This document shows positions 49,718-59,207 of a stretch of DNA of 64,000 bases, piece by piece. The DNA is from an uncultured Clostridia bacterium. GTDB lineage: Bacteria; Bacillota; Clostridia; RUG12999. Location: the NCBI GenBank assembly GCA_946555455.1, contig CAMNSU010000001.1, positions 16,526 through 80,525 on the forward strand, in the 5' to 3' direction. Under the pieces are notes generated by a model. That model was not told the DNA's origin. It did not search any database and saw only the letters and a list, made by a program, of their open reading frames with translations. The stretch's first letter is position 1. Every line of letters begins with the position of its first letter. Made by a program: the position numbers and the translations under genes.

Positions 49718-50392
49718 TCAGTCTTGTCCCGTCCCGAAATAACGGCGGCAAATTTGTTCCGCCTGCATCAAATCGTCGGGATGGGTCAGCTTGATATTAT
49801 AATAATCGCCCTCTACCATGGCGACTTTCTCACCGCGTTCCAGCGCCAAAGAACACAAATCCGTCAGTCCTTCATGCGCATAGGGAAGCAGGCGTTTTAA
49901 GGTTCCGTATAAAAACGTTTGCGGCGTTTGCACGTGATAGAGTTTGCTGCGCGGCGGTACCTGTTTCAGCCACGCGCCGTCTTCCGACACCGCAATGGTA
50001 TCCACACAAGGGACAAACACGCCGCTTGCGCCGGACTGCCGCGCCGCCTGTACGGTCTGCGCCAGCACCTGCGCGCTCACAAACGGGCGCACGCCGTCAT
50101 GCGTGATAATCACGTCGCCGTCTGCGCAGTCCAGCGACGAAACCAGATTTTGCACGGTTTCCATGCGCGTCCTGCCGCCCGGCAGCACCGTCACGTTTTC
50201 CTGCGGAAACATCTGCTTGGTCTCTTTTACATAGTCCGGCGGGGTTCCGATTAAAATTTTGTCGCTTGCCGCTAAAAAACGGCGGACCGTATGCACCAGC
50301 ACCGGTTCGCCCAAAAGCGGCAAAAACTGTTTGGGCACAGCATGTCCCATACGCGTTCCGCTGCCGCCTGCCACAATACATGTAATGACCAT
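49718..50392 (-). CDS. ispD: 2-C-methyl-D-erythritol 4-phosphate cytidylyltransferase
   Basis: IVAGGSGTRMG motif. Canonical IspD. Confidence 0.9.
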   Translation of the reverse strand: MVITCIVAGGSGTRMGHAVPKQFLPLLGEPVLVHTVRRFLAASDKILIGTPPDYVKETKQMFPQENVTVLPGGRTRMETVQNLVSSLDCADGDVIITHDGVRPFVSAQVLAQTVQAARQSGASGVFVPCVDTIAVSEDGAWLKQVPPRSKLYHVQTPQTFLYGTLKRLLPYAHEGLTDLCSLALERGEKVAMVEGDYYNIKLTHPDDLMQAEQICRRYFGTGQD

Positions 50393-50399
50393 TTTATCT

Positions 50400-50876
50400 T
50401 CAGCCTGCCAATCGAATCAGCGTTTGCTCCATTTCATCTTTGGAACAATTTTTTGCCAAAATCAGTTCGCTGATGAGAATATGTTTTGCGCTGGAGAGCA
50501 TTTTTCGTTCAGAAGAGGAAAGCCCTTTCAGTTTGTCGCGGCACATCAGCGTTTTCACCACTTGCGCCACTTCATAAATATCGCCGCTTTTGATACGTTC
50601 CACATTTTCGCGGTAACGTTTATTCCAGTTTTCGCAGACATTTTCCTGATAATCAGAAAAATATTCCAGCACCTTTTCCGCTTCATCCATGCTGATGATG
50701 TAGCGTGTCAGCTTCGCGCCGTGCGGTTTGGTGGGCAGCATGACCGTCATGTCGTCATACGACATTTTAATCACATAATACCGCTGCACTTCACCCATCA
50801 CTTCTTTGTCTTCAATTGCTTCTACGATTCCAGCGCCATGCATGGGATAAGAAATTTTATCTCCAATGCTGTACAT
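50400..50876 (-). CDS. CarD/CdnL-family RNA polymerase-binding transcription regulator
   Basis: MYSIGDKISYPMHGAGIVEAIE N-terminal Tudor-like domain. The listed ORF is over-extended to 51071. Confidence 0.8.
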   Translation of the reverse strand: MYSIGDKISYPMHGAGIVEAIEDKEVMGEVQRYYVIKMSYDDMTVMLPTKPHGAKLTRYIISMDEAEKVLEYFSDYQENVCENWNKRYRENVERIKSGDIYEVAQVVKTLMCRDKLKGLSSSERKMLSSAKHILISELILAKNCSKDEMEQTLIRLAG

Positions 50877-51077
50877 AGGCTTTACACTTCCTCCCAAATT
50901 TCGCGGCTTTTGGTTTTTGAACCGACTTTTCCCATAGTTTATATTATACACCAGTTTTCTGCAAATGTCAAAGTAAAAAATCGCCGAAATCCTATTTAAA
51001 AAATAGGGCTGTGGAACAACACCGATTGGAAAATCGGTTTGCCACAGCCCGCCATCATTATTTTTTAACATATCTAC

Positions 51078-52172
51078 TTAGCCGCATCTTGCGAGAATCT
51101 CCTGTGCCTCCTGTTTATCCTGCACGCTCATAAAAAAGCTAATCCCAGTCGCATATTTTTCAAAATCCATGGTATCAAACTCGTTTCTCTCCAGCCCATA
51201 CCCCACCATGGGAACGCCTTTTTCCATGACCTCCGGCGCAAGAAAGTCCAAATATTCCTGTCCGAAGGCGACGTTCGGCATCCGAATATTGTTAAGCCCC
51301 ACCACATGCTTGGAATGCACCATATCAAACACCCAGTGGTCGGCTCTGCCGCAGAAATGAATAGACGCTTGCCCCAATTCCTGCATGATTTTATCGTCAT
51401 AGGCTTGTGCAAATTCATGATACATATCGGGCGACAGATTGACCGCGGAATCGTCCCGCAGCAAAATTTTTCCGGGGAATAAATCGTGCCAGTGGCAGCA
51501 AAATTCGTCATATTCGTCGTTCAGATAGGGTTTGATTTTTTTCATGCGTTTGATATAGGTTTCCGTCACGAGCGCCAAAAGTTCATGCACCAGCTCCGGC
51601 TCCGCATACATATCCACATAGATGTCGGGGCCGTAAATCAGATGCGCCGTGTCCAGCGGCCCCTGATAGTCCGGGTGATAGAGTTTAATGGCTTCATTGC
51701 ATTTGGGATATTTTGAAAGCGTTTCTCTGAAAAATTCATAGGTTTCCACGATTTTTTGTCCGAATCCGGTTTCATTCTCCGGCACGCCTTTGGCGATAAT
51801 CTCCCGCACCTCATCTTGGGAGACGTGCTCCACCCACGGCATGTTTCCGTTTATGATTTTAGAGGTCAGCCCAAAGGCGCAGGGCAGCGCACCCACACCG
51901 TAATTTGCCCGTATCATGGGAATTCCGCAGCTTTTTGTTTCAATGTCCGGCGCACAGGCAAGCAGTTCGTTGAACATCATTTTACCCATATCCGCATGAA
52001 TTTCTTCCATGGTATACGGTGTAAAATCCTTGCTCGGATAGGCAAACCGCATACAAATACGGTCAGTTTTTTCAAAGCGCATGACGCTTTTTTGAAACGC
52101 AATGTTTTTTCGGTGGTGGTCTACGTCGATAATTTCCTCATAATAGTTGAGGAGCCGTTCCAACTGTTCCAT
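51078..52172 (-). CDS. URO-D-family methyltransferase (corrinoid-dependent MT-II, MtaA/CmuA-like)
   Basis: URO-D (TIM barrel) family-like sequence, in an operon with a corrinoid protein. Confidence 0.6.
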   Translation of the reverse strand: MEQLERLLNYYEEIIDVDHHRKNIAFQKSVMRFEKTDRICMRFAYPSKDFTPYTMEEIHADMGKMMFNELLACAPDIETKSCGIPMIRANYGVGALPCAFGLTSKIINGNMPWVEHVSQDEVREIIAKGVPENETGFGQKIVETYEFFRETLSKYPKCNEAIKLYHPDYQGPLDTAHLIYGPDIYVDMYAEPELVHELLALVTETYIKRMKKIKPYLNDEYDEFCCHWHDLFPGKILLRDDSAVNLSPDMYHEFAQAYDDKIMQELGQASIHFCGRADHWVFDMVHSKHVVGLNNIRMPNVAFGQEYLDFLAPEVMEKGVPMVGYGLERNEFDTMDFEKYATGISFFMSVQDKQEAQEILARCG

Positions 52173-52184
52173 GTTTCTTCTCCT

Positions 52185-53195
52185 TTATGCGTTTTCGTTA
52201 TAAAATTCCTCTACCGCTGCAAAGAATGCATCAATATTCTCCCATGGACTGGCGGGCGGAATATCGCAGCCGGAGGAAATCACAAAATTCGGATATGCAT
52301 GGCATTCCGACAGAATGCGTTTCGTTTCCGCCTTGACCGATTCCGGCGTGCCGCTTCGGATTTGCCCCGCCGGGTCAACATTGCCCATCACAACCGTATC
52401 GCTCGGCACATTCCGGAGCACCTCTTTCATGGACACGGCATTGCCAAAATGATAGGCGGCGGCTTTGGTGGACAAAATAGAGTCCATCATCAGCAAAACA
52501 TTGTTGCCGCAGTTGTGGTAAATCACAAGAAAATCGTCTGTTTGCACGGCTTCCACAATCTGCCGCACATAGCCCTCGGAAAATTCTTTCGCCAACTCGG
52601 GCGACAGCATACCGGTCAGCGGCTCCGCCATCACAACGCCGTTCGCGCCGCTTTCTTTATATGCTCTGATATATTGTATCAAAAAATCAGTGGCTTTTTG
52701 CAAAACCGTATGTACCATTTCCGGCTCGGTATAGCAATAAATCATGGCTTCGCTGACGTCCATCAGCCGTCCGGCAAGCGAAAACGGGCCGATAACGCCG
52801 GCGAAAACAGGACGGTCTGTAATGAGGGTGCAGGCAGTCTGCGCCGCTTTGATATATTTGCCGCATCTTGCGGCTTTGATATCCGGCACTGTCAGCGCCT
52901 CCGCTTCTTGGGGCGACGTGACAAGCGCGCCGATAACCGTTGGCACCTCGTCGTCGGAAAACCGCACCTGCGCGCCGAAGGCTTCCGCTTCCACCGACAA
53001 ATCCATCATGCTCACGGACGCAAGCGTGTCTTTGCTGTCCGCAATCCGTTTCATGCCGTTTGCCTGAAGCTCGCTGCTGTCCGTCAGCTCCCTGACGGTC
53101 ACGTCCAGCAGACTGACGCTTGGAAACGACAAAATGGGCATTGGTTTTTTTCGGGGCGTTTGTTTGATAGTTTCCAGCCATTGTTTCATATTCAT
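52185..53195 (-). CDS. URO-D-family methyltransferase, second paralog (MT-I/MT-II of a corrinoid methyltransfer system)
   Basis: URO-D family. Likely start MNMKQWLETIKQ at 53195; the listed ORF extends to 53255. Confidence 0.6.
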   Translation of the reverse strand: MNMKQWLETIKQTPRKKPMPILSFPSVSLLDVTVRELTDSSELQANGMKRIADSKDTLASVSMMDLSVEAEAFGAQVRFSDDEVPTVIGALVTSPQEAEALTVPDIKAARCGKYIKAAQTACTLITDRPVFAGVIGPFSLAGRLMDVSEAMIYCYTEPEMVHTVLQKATDFLIQYIRAYKESGANGVVMAEPLTGMLSPELAKEFSEGYVRQIVEAVQTDDFLVIYHNCGNNVLLMMDSILSTKAAAYHFGNAVSMKEVLRNVPSDTVVMGNVDPAGQIRSGTPESVKAETKRILSECHAYPNFVISSGCDIPPASPWENIDAFFAAVEEFYNENA

Positions 53196-53209
53196 CACAA
53201 TAAATCTCC

Positions 53210-53854
53210 TTACGCAATTTCGCCGCAGCAAATTTTCAGCGCGACGTCGGAACAAGTCGCGGCGTCGGGCGTATAGAAATCCGCACCGATACTGTCGCAG
53301 AACTGCTGTGTCACAGGCGCGCCGCCAATCATGATTTTCACCGATTCTTGTATACCGGCTTCCTTTGCTTTGTCCACAACGGTTTTCATTTCATTCATGG
53401 TGGTCGTCAACAGCGCGGAACAACAAATGATATTCACGTTATGCTCTTTTGCCTGTTCAATGAACCGTTCCGGCGGAACATCAACACCAAGGTCAATCAC
53501 TTCCAACCCTTTTCCCTCCAACATCATTTTCACAATGTTTTTGCCAATGTCATGCATGTCGCCTTTGACGGTTCCAATCACAACGGAGCCTCTGTTTTTC
53601 ACGCCCGCGGAAATCAAATGGGGGCGGAGGATTTCCACACCGGCGTTCATTGCCCGCGCGGCAATCAATACCTCCGGTACAAATACCTCGTTCTTTTTGA
53701 ACTTTTCGCCGATAATAGACATGCCGCTCAGCAGTCCTTCCTCCAGAATCTCCTGCGGCGCAATCCCTTCCGCAACCGCCTGTTCCACCAATTCTTTCAC
53801 TTTGGGCGCTCTGCCTTTTTGCAGTAGCGTACTGATTTCGTTTAAAATACTCAT
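53210..53854 (-). CDS. Cobalamin-binding corrinoid protein (MtaC/MtbC-like)
   Basis: B12-binding DxHxxG motif (GDMHDIGKN) in a Rossmann-like domain, after an N-terminal helical cap. Start MSILNEIS at 53854. Confidence 0.8.
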   Translation of the reverse strand: MSILNEISTLLQKGRAPKVKELVEQAVAEGIAPQEILEEGLLSGMSIIGEKFKKNEVFVPEVLIAARAMNAGVEILRPHLISAGVKNRGSVVIGTVKGDMHDIGKNIVKMMLEGKGLEVIDLGVDVPPERFIEQAKEHNVNIICCSALLTTTMNEMKTVVDKAKEAGIQESVKIMIGGAPVTQQFCDSIGADFYTPDAATCSDVALKICCGEIA

Positions 53855-53873
53855 GGCTGTTCTCCTTGTTTTT

Positions 53874-55004
53874 TTATGTAACCGCCGTGTGCCGTTCCCT
53901 GAATTTTTTCGGAGAAAGACCCGTTGCGGTTTTGAACTGTTTGGTAAAATAACTTTGGTCTTCAAAACCGGTCAAGGCTGCAATATCGGCAATTGTCATG
54001 GAATCGTCCAAAAGCAGATGTTTGCTTTTGTCAATGCGGACTTTGCTGATATAGGAAGAAATACTCATATGCATTTCTTCATTGAAAATCTTACTGATAT
54101 AGGATTTGCTCATATAGACATGTTCCGCAATGTCGCCCAGCGAAATTTTATGCATATAGTTGCTTTTGATAAACGCCGTGATTTTGTGCATGGTATCGGC
54201 GTGTTTGACGTCGCCGAACTCAAAAACATAGCTGACAAAACGGTTGATGACGCTGGACAGCCAAAGACTCAGTTTTTCCAGACTGTCAAACCGGTCGATT
54301 TCTTTGATATAGTTATTATTCAGGTTGAATATCTGCGCCGTATCCGCGCCGCCTTCAATCGCGGAACGCGAAAGCAGCACCAAAAGCTCCAGCGCACGCG
54401 CTTTAATCACATTAAAATCGCCGTTAGACTGAAAAAAGATTTCACCCAAAAGACGGTTCAGATAGTCCCGCGCACTCGTTCCGTCGCCGCCGGCAATCGC
54501 GGATTGCAGTTTTTTCTCAAGGTCAATGGGATAATCGCCGTTTTCCGGCAATATTTCCAGTTCCCGATAAATCGTGTTGAGAAAATCGGCGGTCGTGTCC
54601 GGCATGGATTCCTCCCAAACGGTGCAAAACACAGCGGAAGCAATTTCCGCCAAATCGTTCACCTTGGCGGTTTCCATGTGCGGCAGGGAATACGTCTCTT
54701 CAAAATCCTCAGGGTCGCCCATCAAAATCGGGCCGAGAATCACGCCGCTGCTTAAAATATCAAATTCGCCGACTACCGGAACGGCAACAAAAATAAAGTC
54801 CATGGGACAGTAGTAAATATATTTGTTGTCCCAGCGCACCGATTCATAGCAGCCATAGAGATGTGTGTTTTTATAATCGCAGCGGTGGGGACAACGGCTG
54901 CAAAAGGTGTTGCCAAACGCCGAAAATTCTTTCAGCCGAACGTCAAAAAGATTCGTGTCAATGCCGAGCAGCGCTGAAAAATGCTGCATACGCTTGTGAA
55001 GCAT
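53874..55004 (-). CDS. AraC-family transcriptional regulator
   Basis: C-terminal AraC HTH (...LTGFEDQSYFTKQFKTATGLSPKKFR). Confidence 0.75.
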   Translation of the reverse strand: MLHKRMQHFSALLGIDTNLFDVRLKEFSAFGNTFCSRCPHRCDYKNTHLYGCYESVRWDNKYIYYCPMDFIFVAVPVVGEFDILSSGVILGPILMGDPEDFEETYSLPHMETAKVNDLAEIASAVFCTVWEESMPDTTADFLNTIYRELEILPENGDYPIDLEKKLQSAIAGGDGTSARDYLNRLLGEIFFQSNGDFNVIKARALELLVLLSRSAIEGGADTAQIFNLNNNYIKEIDRFDSLEKLSLWLSSVINRFVSYVFEFGDVKHADTMHKITAFIKSNYMHKISLGDIAEHVYMSKSYISKIFNEEMHMSISSYISKVRIDKSKHLLLDDSMTIADIAALTGFEDQSYFTKQFKTATGLSPKKFRERHTAVT

Positions 55005-55106
55005 AGCGTGTTCATCCTTTCAAGTCTTATTTTATTCGTTTTGGGCGCCAAATGATAGAAACTTGTTATTCTTTTTTGTAAAATATTTGATTCTTTTTGC
55101 AATAGA

Positions 55107-55140
55107 ATTGAAAAATATCAAAAAATCTAGTATGATAGAA
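55107..55140 (+). promoter_or_regulatory. sigma-A promoter (TTGAAA-17-TATGAT) for the RACo/DUF2284 operon
   Basis: TTGAAAaatatcaaaaaatctagTATGAT. Confidence 0.5.
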
Positions 55141-55153
55141 GAAAGATTGCGAG

Positions 55154-56569
55154 GTGCCCGATTTGTTTACAGTAACCATTCAAACGAAAGACCAATGTTT
55201 CACGCAAAAATATGAGCAGGCGGTGCTTGCCGCACAGGCGCTTGCCGACGCGGGTATCGTTCAGTCAAAACCCTGCGGCGGGAGGGGCGTTTGCGGCAAA
55301 TGTACTATCCGTTTGAACGGCAGAGAGGTTCTGTCCTGCAAAACCATGATTGATTCGGATTCCACTATTGATTATACCACCGCCGCCCATGACGTTCAAG
55401 GGATAACCGCCGGTATAATGCGGCATTTTCCCAAAAATCCGCTGGTACAGGAAGGATTTGGCGCGGCAATTGATATTGGTACGACCACCATTGCCGGATA
55501 TATTTATCGGTTCCCGGCGTGCGAACTGGTGAAAACCGCTTGCGTTCCCAACGCACAGAGCGAATTTGGCGCGGACGTTATTTCGCGTATTGATTGCTTT
55601 GCTGCCGGCGGTGCAGAAAAACTTTTCCGGCGTGTCCATGAAGCGATTCGCGAACTGACAGAGGGATTTCCTATCCAAAAATACGTCATTTGCGGCAACA
55701 CGGCAATGCTGCATTTGCTGACAAAAACCAATCCGTCCTCTCTGGCAGTCGCGCCCTATGTTGCCGAAACGCTGTTTGGCGCATGGCGGGAAAATGCATA
55801 TCTCATGCGCTGCATTTCGGCATTTGTCGGCGCGGATACGGTGGCGGCAGCGCTGGCAAGCGGCATGATGGAACAAAAAACCGGCTTGCTGATTGACATT
55901 GGAACAAACGGCGAAATGGTGCTGAAACATGGCGAAAAACTGCTGTGCTGTTCCACGGCGGCAGGGCCTTGTTTTGAGGGCGCAGGGATTTCCTGCGGAA
56001 CGCCGGCGGTGTCGGGGGCAATTCAGAAGGTTTTTGTCAAAGAAAACGCGCTTTCCTTCACCACCATTGACGCGCGGCCGCCGGTCGGCATATGCGGAAC
56101 AGGATTGGTGGACGCTGCCGCGGCGCTGCTGCAACTTGGTGTGATTGACGAAAGCGGCTATATGGAAAACGCGTTTTATTTCGGCGCAAGCAGCGTCTAT
56201 CTGTCGCCGGAGAACGTACGCAAATTTCAACTCGCAAAATCCGCTGTCCGCGCCGGAATGGAAACGCTGCTGCACGCGGCGGAGGTGCGCTATGAAGATA
56301 TCGACGCTTTTTATATCGCCGGCGGATTCGGCAGTTTTTTAAACATCAAAAGCGCTGTAGCAACGGGGCTCATTCCGGCGGCGCTGGAAGAAAAGGCGGT
56401 TGCTATCGGCAACGGCGCAGGCATTGGCGCGGCGGCGGTACTGCAAAGCAAAGAATGCCTGTCGCTGTCCGAAAAAATTGCCGCGCAGGCGGAAACGCTG
56501 ACGCTGACAGACAATGCCTATTTCGCAGACCAATATATTGAAAATATGATGTTCGAGGTGGCGCCATGA
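55154..56569 (+). CDS. ASKHA-fold corrinoid reductive activase (RACo-like) with N-terminal 2Fe-2S ferredoxin domain
   Basis: N-terminal CxxxxC..C ferredoxin-like Cys cluster (CGGRGVCGKC...C) plus actin-like ATPase domains. Listed start is GTG 55154; TTG 55163 with a GAGGTG RBS is also possible. Confidence 0.7.
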   Translation: MPDLFTVTIQTKDQCFTQKYEQAVLAAQALADAGIVQSKPCGGRGVCGKCTIRLNGREVLSCKTMIDSDSTIDYTTAAHDVQGITAGIMRHFPKNPLVQEGFGAAIDIGTTTIAGYIYRFPACELVKTACVPNAQSEFGADVISRIDCFAAGGAEKLFRRVHEAIRELTEGFPIQKYVICGNTAMLHLLTKTNPSSLAVAPYVAETLFGAWRENAYLMRCISAFVGADTVAAALASGMMEQKTGLLIDIGTNGEMVLKHGEKLLCCSTAAGPCFEGAGISCGTPAVSGAIQKVFVKENALSFTTIDARPPVGICGTGLVDAAAALLQLGVIDESGYMENAFYFGASSVYLSPENVRKFQLAKSAVRAGMETLLHAAEVRYEDIDAFYIAGGFGSFLNIKSAVATGLIPAALEEKAVAIGNGAGIGAAAVLQSKECLSLSEKIAAQAETLTLTDNAYFADQYIENMMFEVAP

Positions 56570-57090
56570 TATTGCAAGAACTCGAAAAAATGGGGTTTGA
56601 CCGCACGGCGGAAATTGCCGTATCCGAAATCGCGTTTGAACCGTCTTTGATTGATTTGTGCAAGATGAACACCTGCGGCAACTACGGAAAAAACTATACC
56701 TGTCCGCCGCTGGTGGGCGAACCGCAGGAATTGATCCGCCGCGCCAAAACGTATCAAACGGCGGTGGTGTTTCAAAAAATCTATCCGCTTGAAGATTCGT
56801 TTGATATTGAAGGAATGGACGCCGCCCGTCGCCGGTTTCGCAGCGCATTAGAGGACGTTCAGGCGGTCTGTCAAACCAGATTAACCGACTACTTACTGCT
56901 GGGCGCAGGCGGCTGTAGCTGCTGCGACTGCTGCGCGGCACAGACGGACGAACCCTGCCGGTTTCCGGAAAAAGCCATTCCATCTCTGGAAGCATATGCC
57001 ATCAATGTGTCGTCTCTGGCGGCGGCGTGCGGCATGAGGTATATCAACGGCGCAAACACCGTGACCTATTTCGGCGCTGTGCTTGTTTAA
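56566..57090 (+). CDS. DUF2284 metal-binding (Cys-rich) protein associated with corrinoid methyltransferases
   Basis: Cys clusters CGNYGKNYTCPP and CSCCDCC. Overlaps the RACo stop by 4 nt. Confidence 0.6.
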   Translation: MILQELEKMGFDRTAEIAVSEIAFEPSLIDLCKMNTCGNYGKNYTCPPLVGEPQELIRRAKTYQTAVVFQKIYPLEDSFDIEGMDAARRRFRSALEDVQAVCQTRLTDYLLLGAGGCSCCDCCAAQTDEPCRFPEKAIPSLEAYAINVSSLAAACGMRYINGANTVTYFGAVLV

Positions 57091-57099
57091 AAAATTCAC

Positions 57100-57150
57100 A
57101 AAAAAGAGCAGTCGGTAAAACAACTGTTTTACCGACTGCTTCTTTTTTAT
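57100..57150. terminator. Bidirectional intrinsic terminator (GCAGTCGGTAAAACA...TGTTTTACCGACTGC)
   Basis: 15-bp stem flanked by A- and T-runs. Confidence 0.75.
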
Positions 57151-57400
57151 ATTTCATGTATCATTTGTATCAAAAAAACCCCGCTCTGCCGTTGCACATA
57201 ATCACCCTCAAACCTGTATTAACCAGGTGGGTACCACCTCCGGAGATTCATACGTCCCCTGGCACCGGACATAGCGTCCGGCGGGGGCATGTACTACAAA
57301 CCGGAAAGCCGGTTCCCTTGAGAATTCATTGGTTTAAGTAATTCCTGTGTTCGCACATCGCAGGGATTTTCCCATATCCAAAGCGCTCCGCGCTTCCCTT

Positions 57401-57532
57401 TAATAGTATTATATCATAAACGCGAAGCGTTTTGATATAATTTCGTGCATCTCCGCCGGTTGCCACGTTTTATGCGTGGCGAGGCGGAGGCACTTTTCAT
57501 TCTATAATAGTCACTCTGTGATTATTATATCA
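57401..57532 (+). repeat. R2 composite palindromic element, copy b
   Basis: ATTATATCAtaaacgcgaagcgtttTGATATAAT (57408-57441), where the central hairpin differs from copy a but stays self-complementary. Identical core ttcgtgcatctccgccggttgcc.cgttttatgcg.ggcgaggcggaggcacttttca. Right palindrome ATAATAGTCACtctGTGAtTATTAT. Confidence 0.7.
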
Positions 57533-57580
57533 TATTATGCTACTAAGTGCAATGGATTATGCGAATTTACCATAAATTTT

Positions 57581-57928
57581 TTAATCTTCAAAATCAAAAA
57601 CATCGCTGTTTTTCTCTTTGAAAATTGCATACACTTCTTCTGAAATCATGGGGTCGTTGATTTGCAGCAGCGATTCTTCGCCATCTTCCGTTTCTTCCAG
57701 TTCCATAATCAGCACGCCATTGTCATCCGGCGGCAATAAAATCACATAAGTTGCGTCTCCATATTCAATACTGTCGAGAAATTCAAATTCTACTTCATTG
57801 CCTTCTTCATCTGTCAACACAACGAAATTATCCATTTCCTCCTCGCTGTGGTCATGCCCGCAAGAGCAATCGTGTCCATGTACATGTTCTTCTGCCATTT
57901 GACATACGCCTCCTTCCTTTTTCTCCAT
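57581..57928 (-). CDS. DUF1292-domain acidic protein
   Basis: Highly acidic C-terminal domain of the DUF1292/YrzB-type. The start may be the internal MAEEHVHG (57898), which has a GGAGG RBS. Confidence 0.55.
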   Translation of the reverse strand: MEKKEGGVCQMAEEHVHGHDCSCGHDHSEEEMDNFVVLTDEEGNEVEFEFLDSIEYGDATYVILLPPDDNGVLIMELEETEDGEESLLQINDPMISEEVYAIFKEKNSDVFDFED

Positions 57929-58040
57929 TATAACAATATTCTGTTTCTTTTACAAGAGAATATGTATAATTTTTTTGAAACATTTTTTGTCGGTTCTCAT
58001 ATACTGGTAGTAATCATAGAATGGAAGCAGGTGGAAAATC

Positions 58041-58295
58041 ATGAAACGAGTTGATATTAATGCGCTGCGCGGTTTGGCGAACATGCCCAGCGGAGAAATG
58101 GAACAGAAACTTGCCGATATGCTGCAAAAATCCGGCAACGGCGCGTTGGCAGGCAAAATCAATGCTTCAGCGATAGACCAGCTCAAACGGCAGCTTACCG
58201 CAATGGACCAGTCGCAGCTGGACGCGCTGGTTTCCCAAATGCAGAACATCGACAGCGGCACACTGCAAAAACTGCGGAACATGCTGAACAAATAA
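58041..58295 (+). CDS. Small protein, possibly SpoVIF-like (stage VI sporulation protein F family)
   Basis: 84 aa. C-terminal ...SGTLQKLRNMLNK resembles the SpoVIF C-terminus. Weak. Confidence 0.35.
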   Translation: MKRVDINALRGLANMPSGEMEQKLADMLQKSGNGALAGKINASAIDQLKRQLTAMDQSQLDALVSQMQNIDSGTLQKLRNMLNK

Positions 58296-58329
58296 AACCG
58301 CGCCATACAGAACAGGAGGTATCACACGA

Positions 58330-58740
58330 ATGGCAAATCAAGATTTATCTACTGCAATCGAAATGTTGAAAAATCTGTTGGGTTCGGACGCGGGCGGCAA
58401 AGTGGACGAAATTGTGGAAACGCTGGGTCTGGGCGGCGCGGCGAACAAAAACAGCGCGCCGGTGCAGCCGGATTTCACCGCGGAGCCGGTGCAGGAAGTG
58501 TCCGCACCGCCGGCAGTAGCGCCGGCTGTACCTGCGCCGACCAATAACACGCCCATGGATCTCTCCGGACTGCTTTCGGGGCTGGGCAACATGGCAAACG
58601 TGCAGAATAACCCACATATGAATTTGCTTGTGGCTCTAAAGCCGTACATGAACCCACTGCGTGCGTCTAAAATCGACAGCGCCATGAAAATCATACAGCT
58701 TGCTCAAATCACCCGCGGTATGGGATTGTTTGGCAAATAA
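58330..58740 (+). CDS. Hypothetical Ala/Pro-rich small protein
   Basis: 136-aa ORF with an RBS. Low-complexity central region. Confidence 0.45.
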   Translation: MANQDLSTAIEMLKNLLGSDAGGKVDEIVETLGLGGAANKNSAPVQPDFTAEPVQEVSAPPAVAPAVPAPTNNTPMDLSGLLSGLGNMANVQNNPHMNLLVALKPYMNPLRASKIDSAMKIIQLAQITRGMGLFGK

Positions 58741-58775
58741 GAAAAAGGGCTGGCTGGAAAGGGGACGACATTTTT

Positions 58776-59066
58776 ATGGAAAAGGCATACTACAAACACT
58801 ATGGGGCGGCGGGCGGTTCTCCTGCACCGGAGACGCCGCCGTCCGCTTCGGGGAAACAGGCGCATACCGCCGGACTGGGCGGGTCGCTGGGCGCGCTCAG
58901 CGGCGGACTGGGGAATACGCTGCGCAATTTCGCGCTGGACGACATTATTCTGTTGGCGCTGATACTGTTTTTAATCAACAGCGACATAGACGATAATCTG
59001 CCGGTTATTTTGCTGATTATTTTGTTCATGGTCGGTTTTAACAAGAGCGAAGAAGAAACGGAATAA
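58776..59066 (+). CDS. Hypothetical small membrane protein
   Basis: Gly-rich N-terminus and a C-terminal hydrophobic helix (IILLALILFLINSD...VILLIILFMVGF). Confidence 0.4.
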   Translation: MEKAYYKHYGAAGGSPAPETPPSASGKQAHTAGLGGSLGALSGGLGNTLRNFALDDIILLALILFLINSDIDDNLPVILLIILFMVGFNKSEEETE

Positions 59067-59074
59067 CTCTTGTC

Positions 59075-59105
59075 AAAACGCCGGAAATAGGTTATAATAC
59101 ATAAT
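59075..59105 (+). promoter_or_regulatory. sigma-A promoter (TTGTCA-16-TTATAAT) with an about 100-nt structured leader ahead of the pfkB-family kinase gene
   Basis: Consensus elements present. The leader contains a GCCGCA...TGCGGC hairpin. Confidence 0.5.
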
Positions 59106-59207
59106 ATACAAAACGATAGATTCATCTGCGAAGATATCCCGCCGCACAGCAAGCGTATTTGCCTTTTGCGGCAGGGAAAATGCATAGGATAAAGGAGGCT
59201 ACATATC

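Noticed and set aside
53331-54755. 474-aa plus-strand ORF
   Set aside because: Antisense to the corrinoid protein and AraC genes. No RBS and a low-complexity translation.
55265-56995. Minus-strand ORFs of 336 aa and 218 aa
   Set aside because: Antisense to the RACo-like and DUF2284 genes. Arg/Cys-rich translations typical of GC-rich antisense frames.
57151-57400. T-box or TPP riboswitch in the GC-rich segment (GGTGGGTACCACC, AACCTGTATTAACC)
   Set aside because: The T-box motif is GGGTGGNACCGCG with a specifier/antiterminator architecture and an aminoacyl-related downstream gene. The TPP core CTGAGA/ACCCTTTGAACCTGATC is absent. Neither fits.
35170-57401. The two R2 copies as terminal repeats of a 22-kb mobile element
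   Set aside because: The intervening segment contains core housekeeping genes (proS, ispDF, dpaAB, rarA) at genomic GC and has no mobility genes. R2 is better explained as a dispersed small intergenic element.
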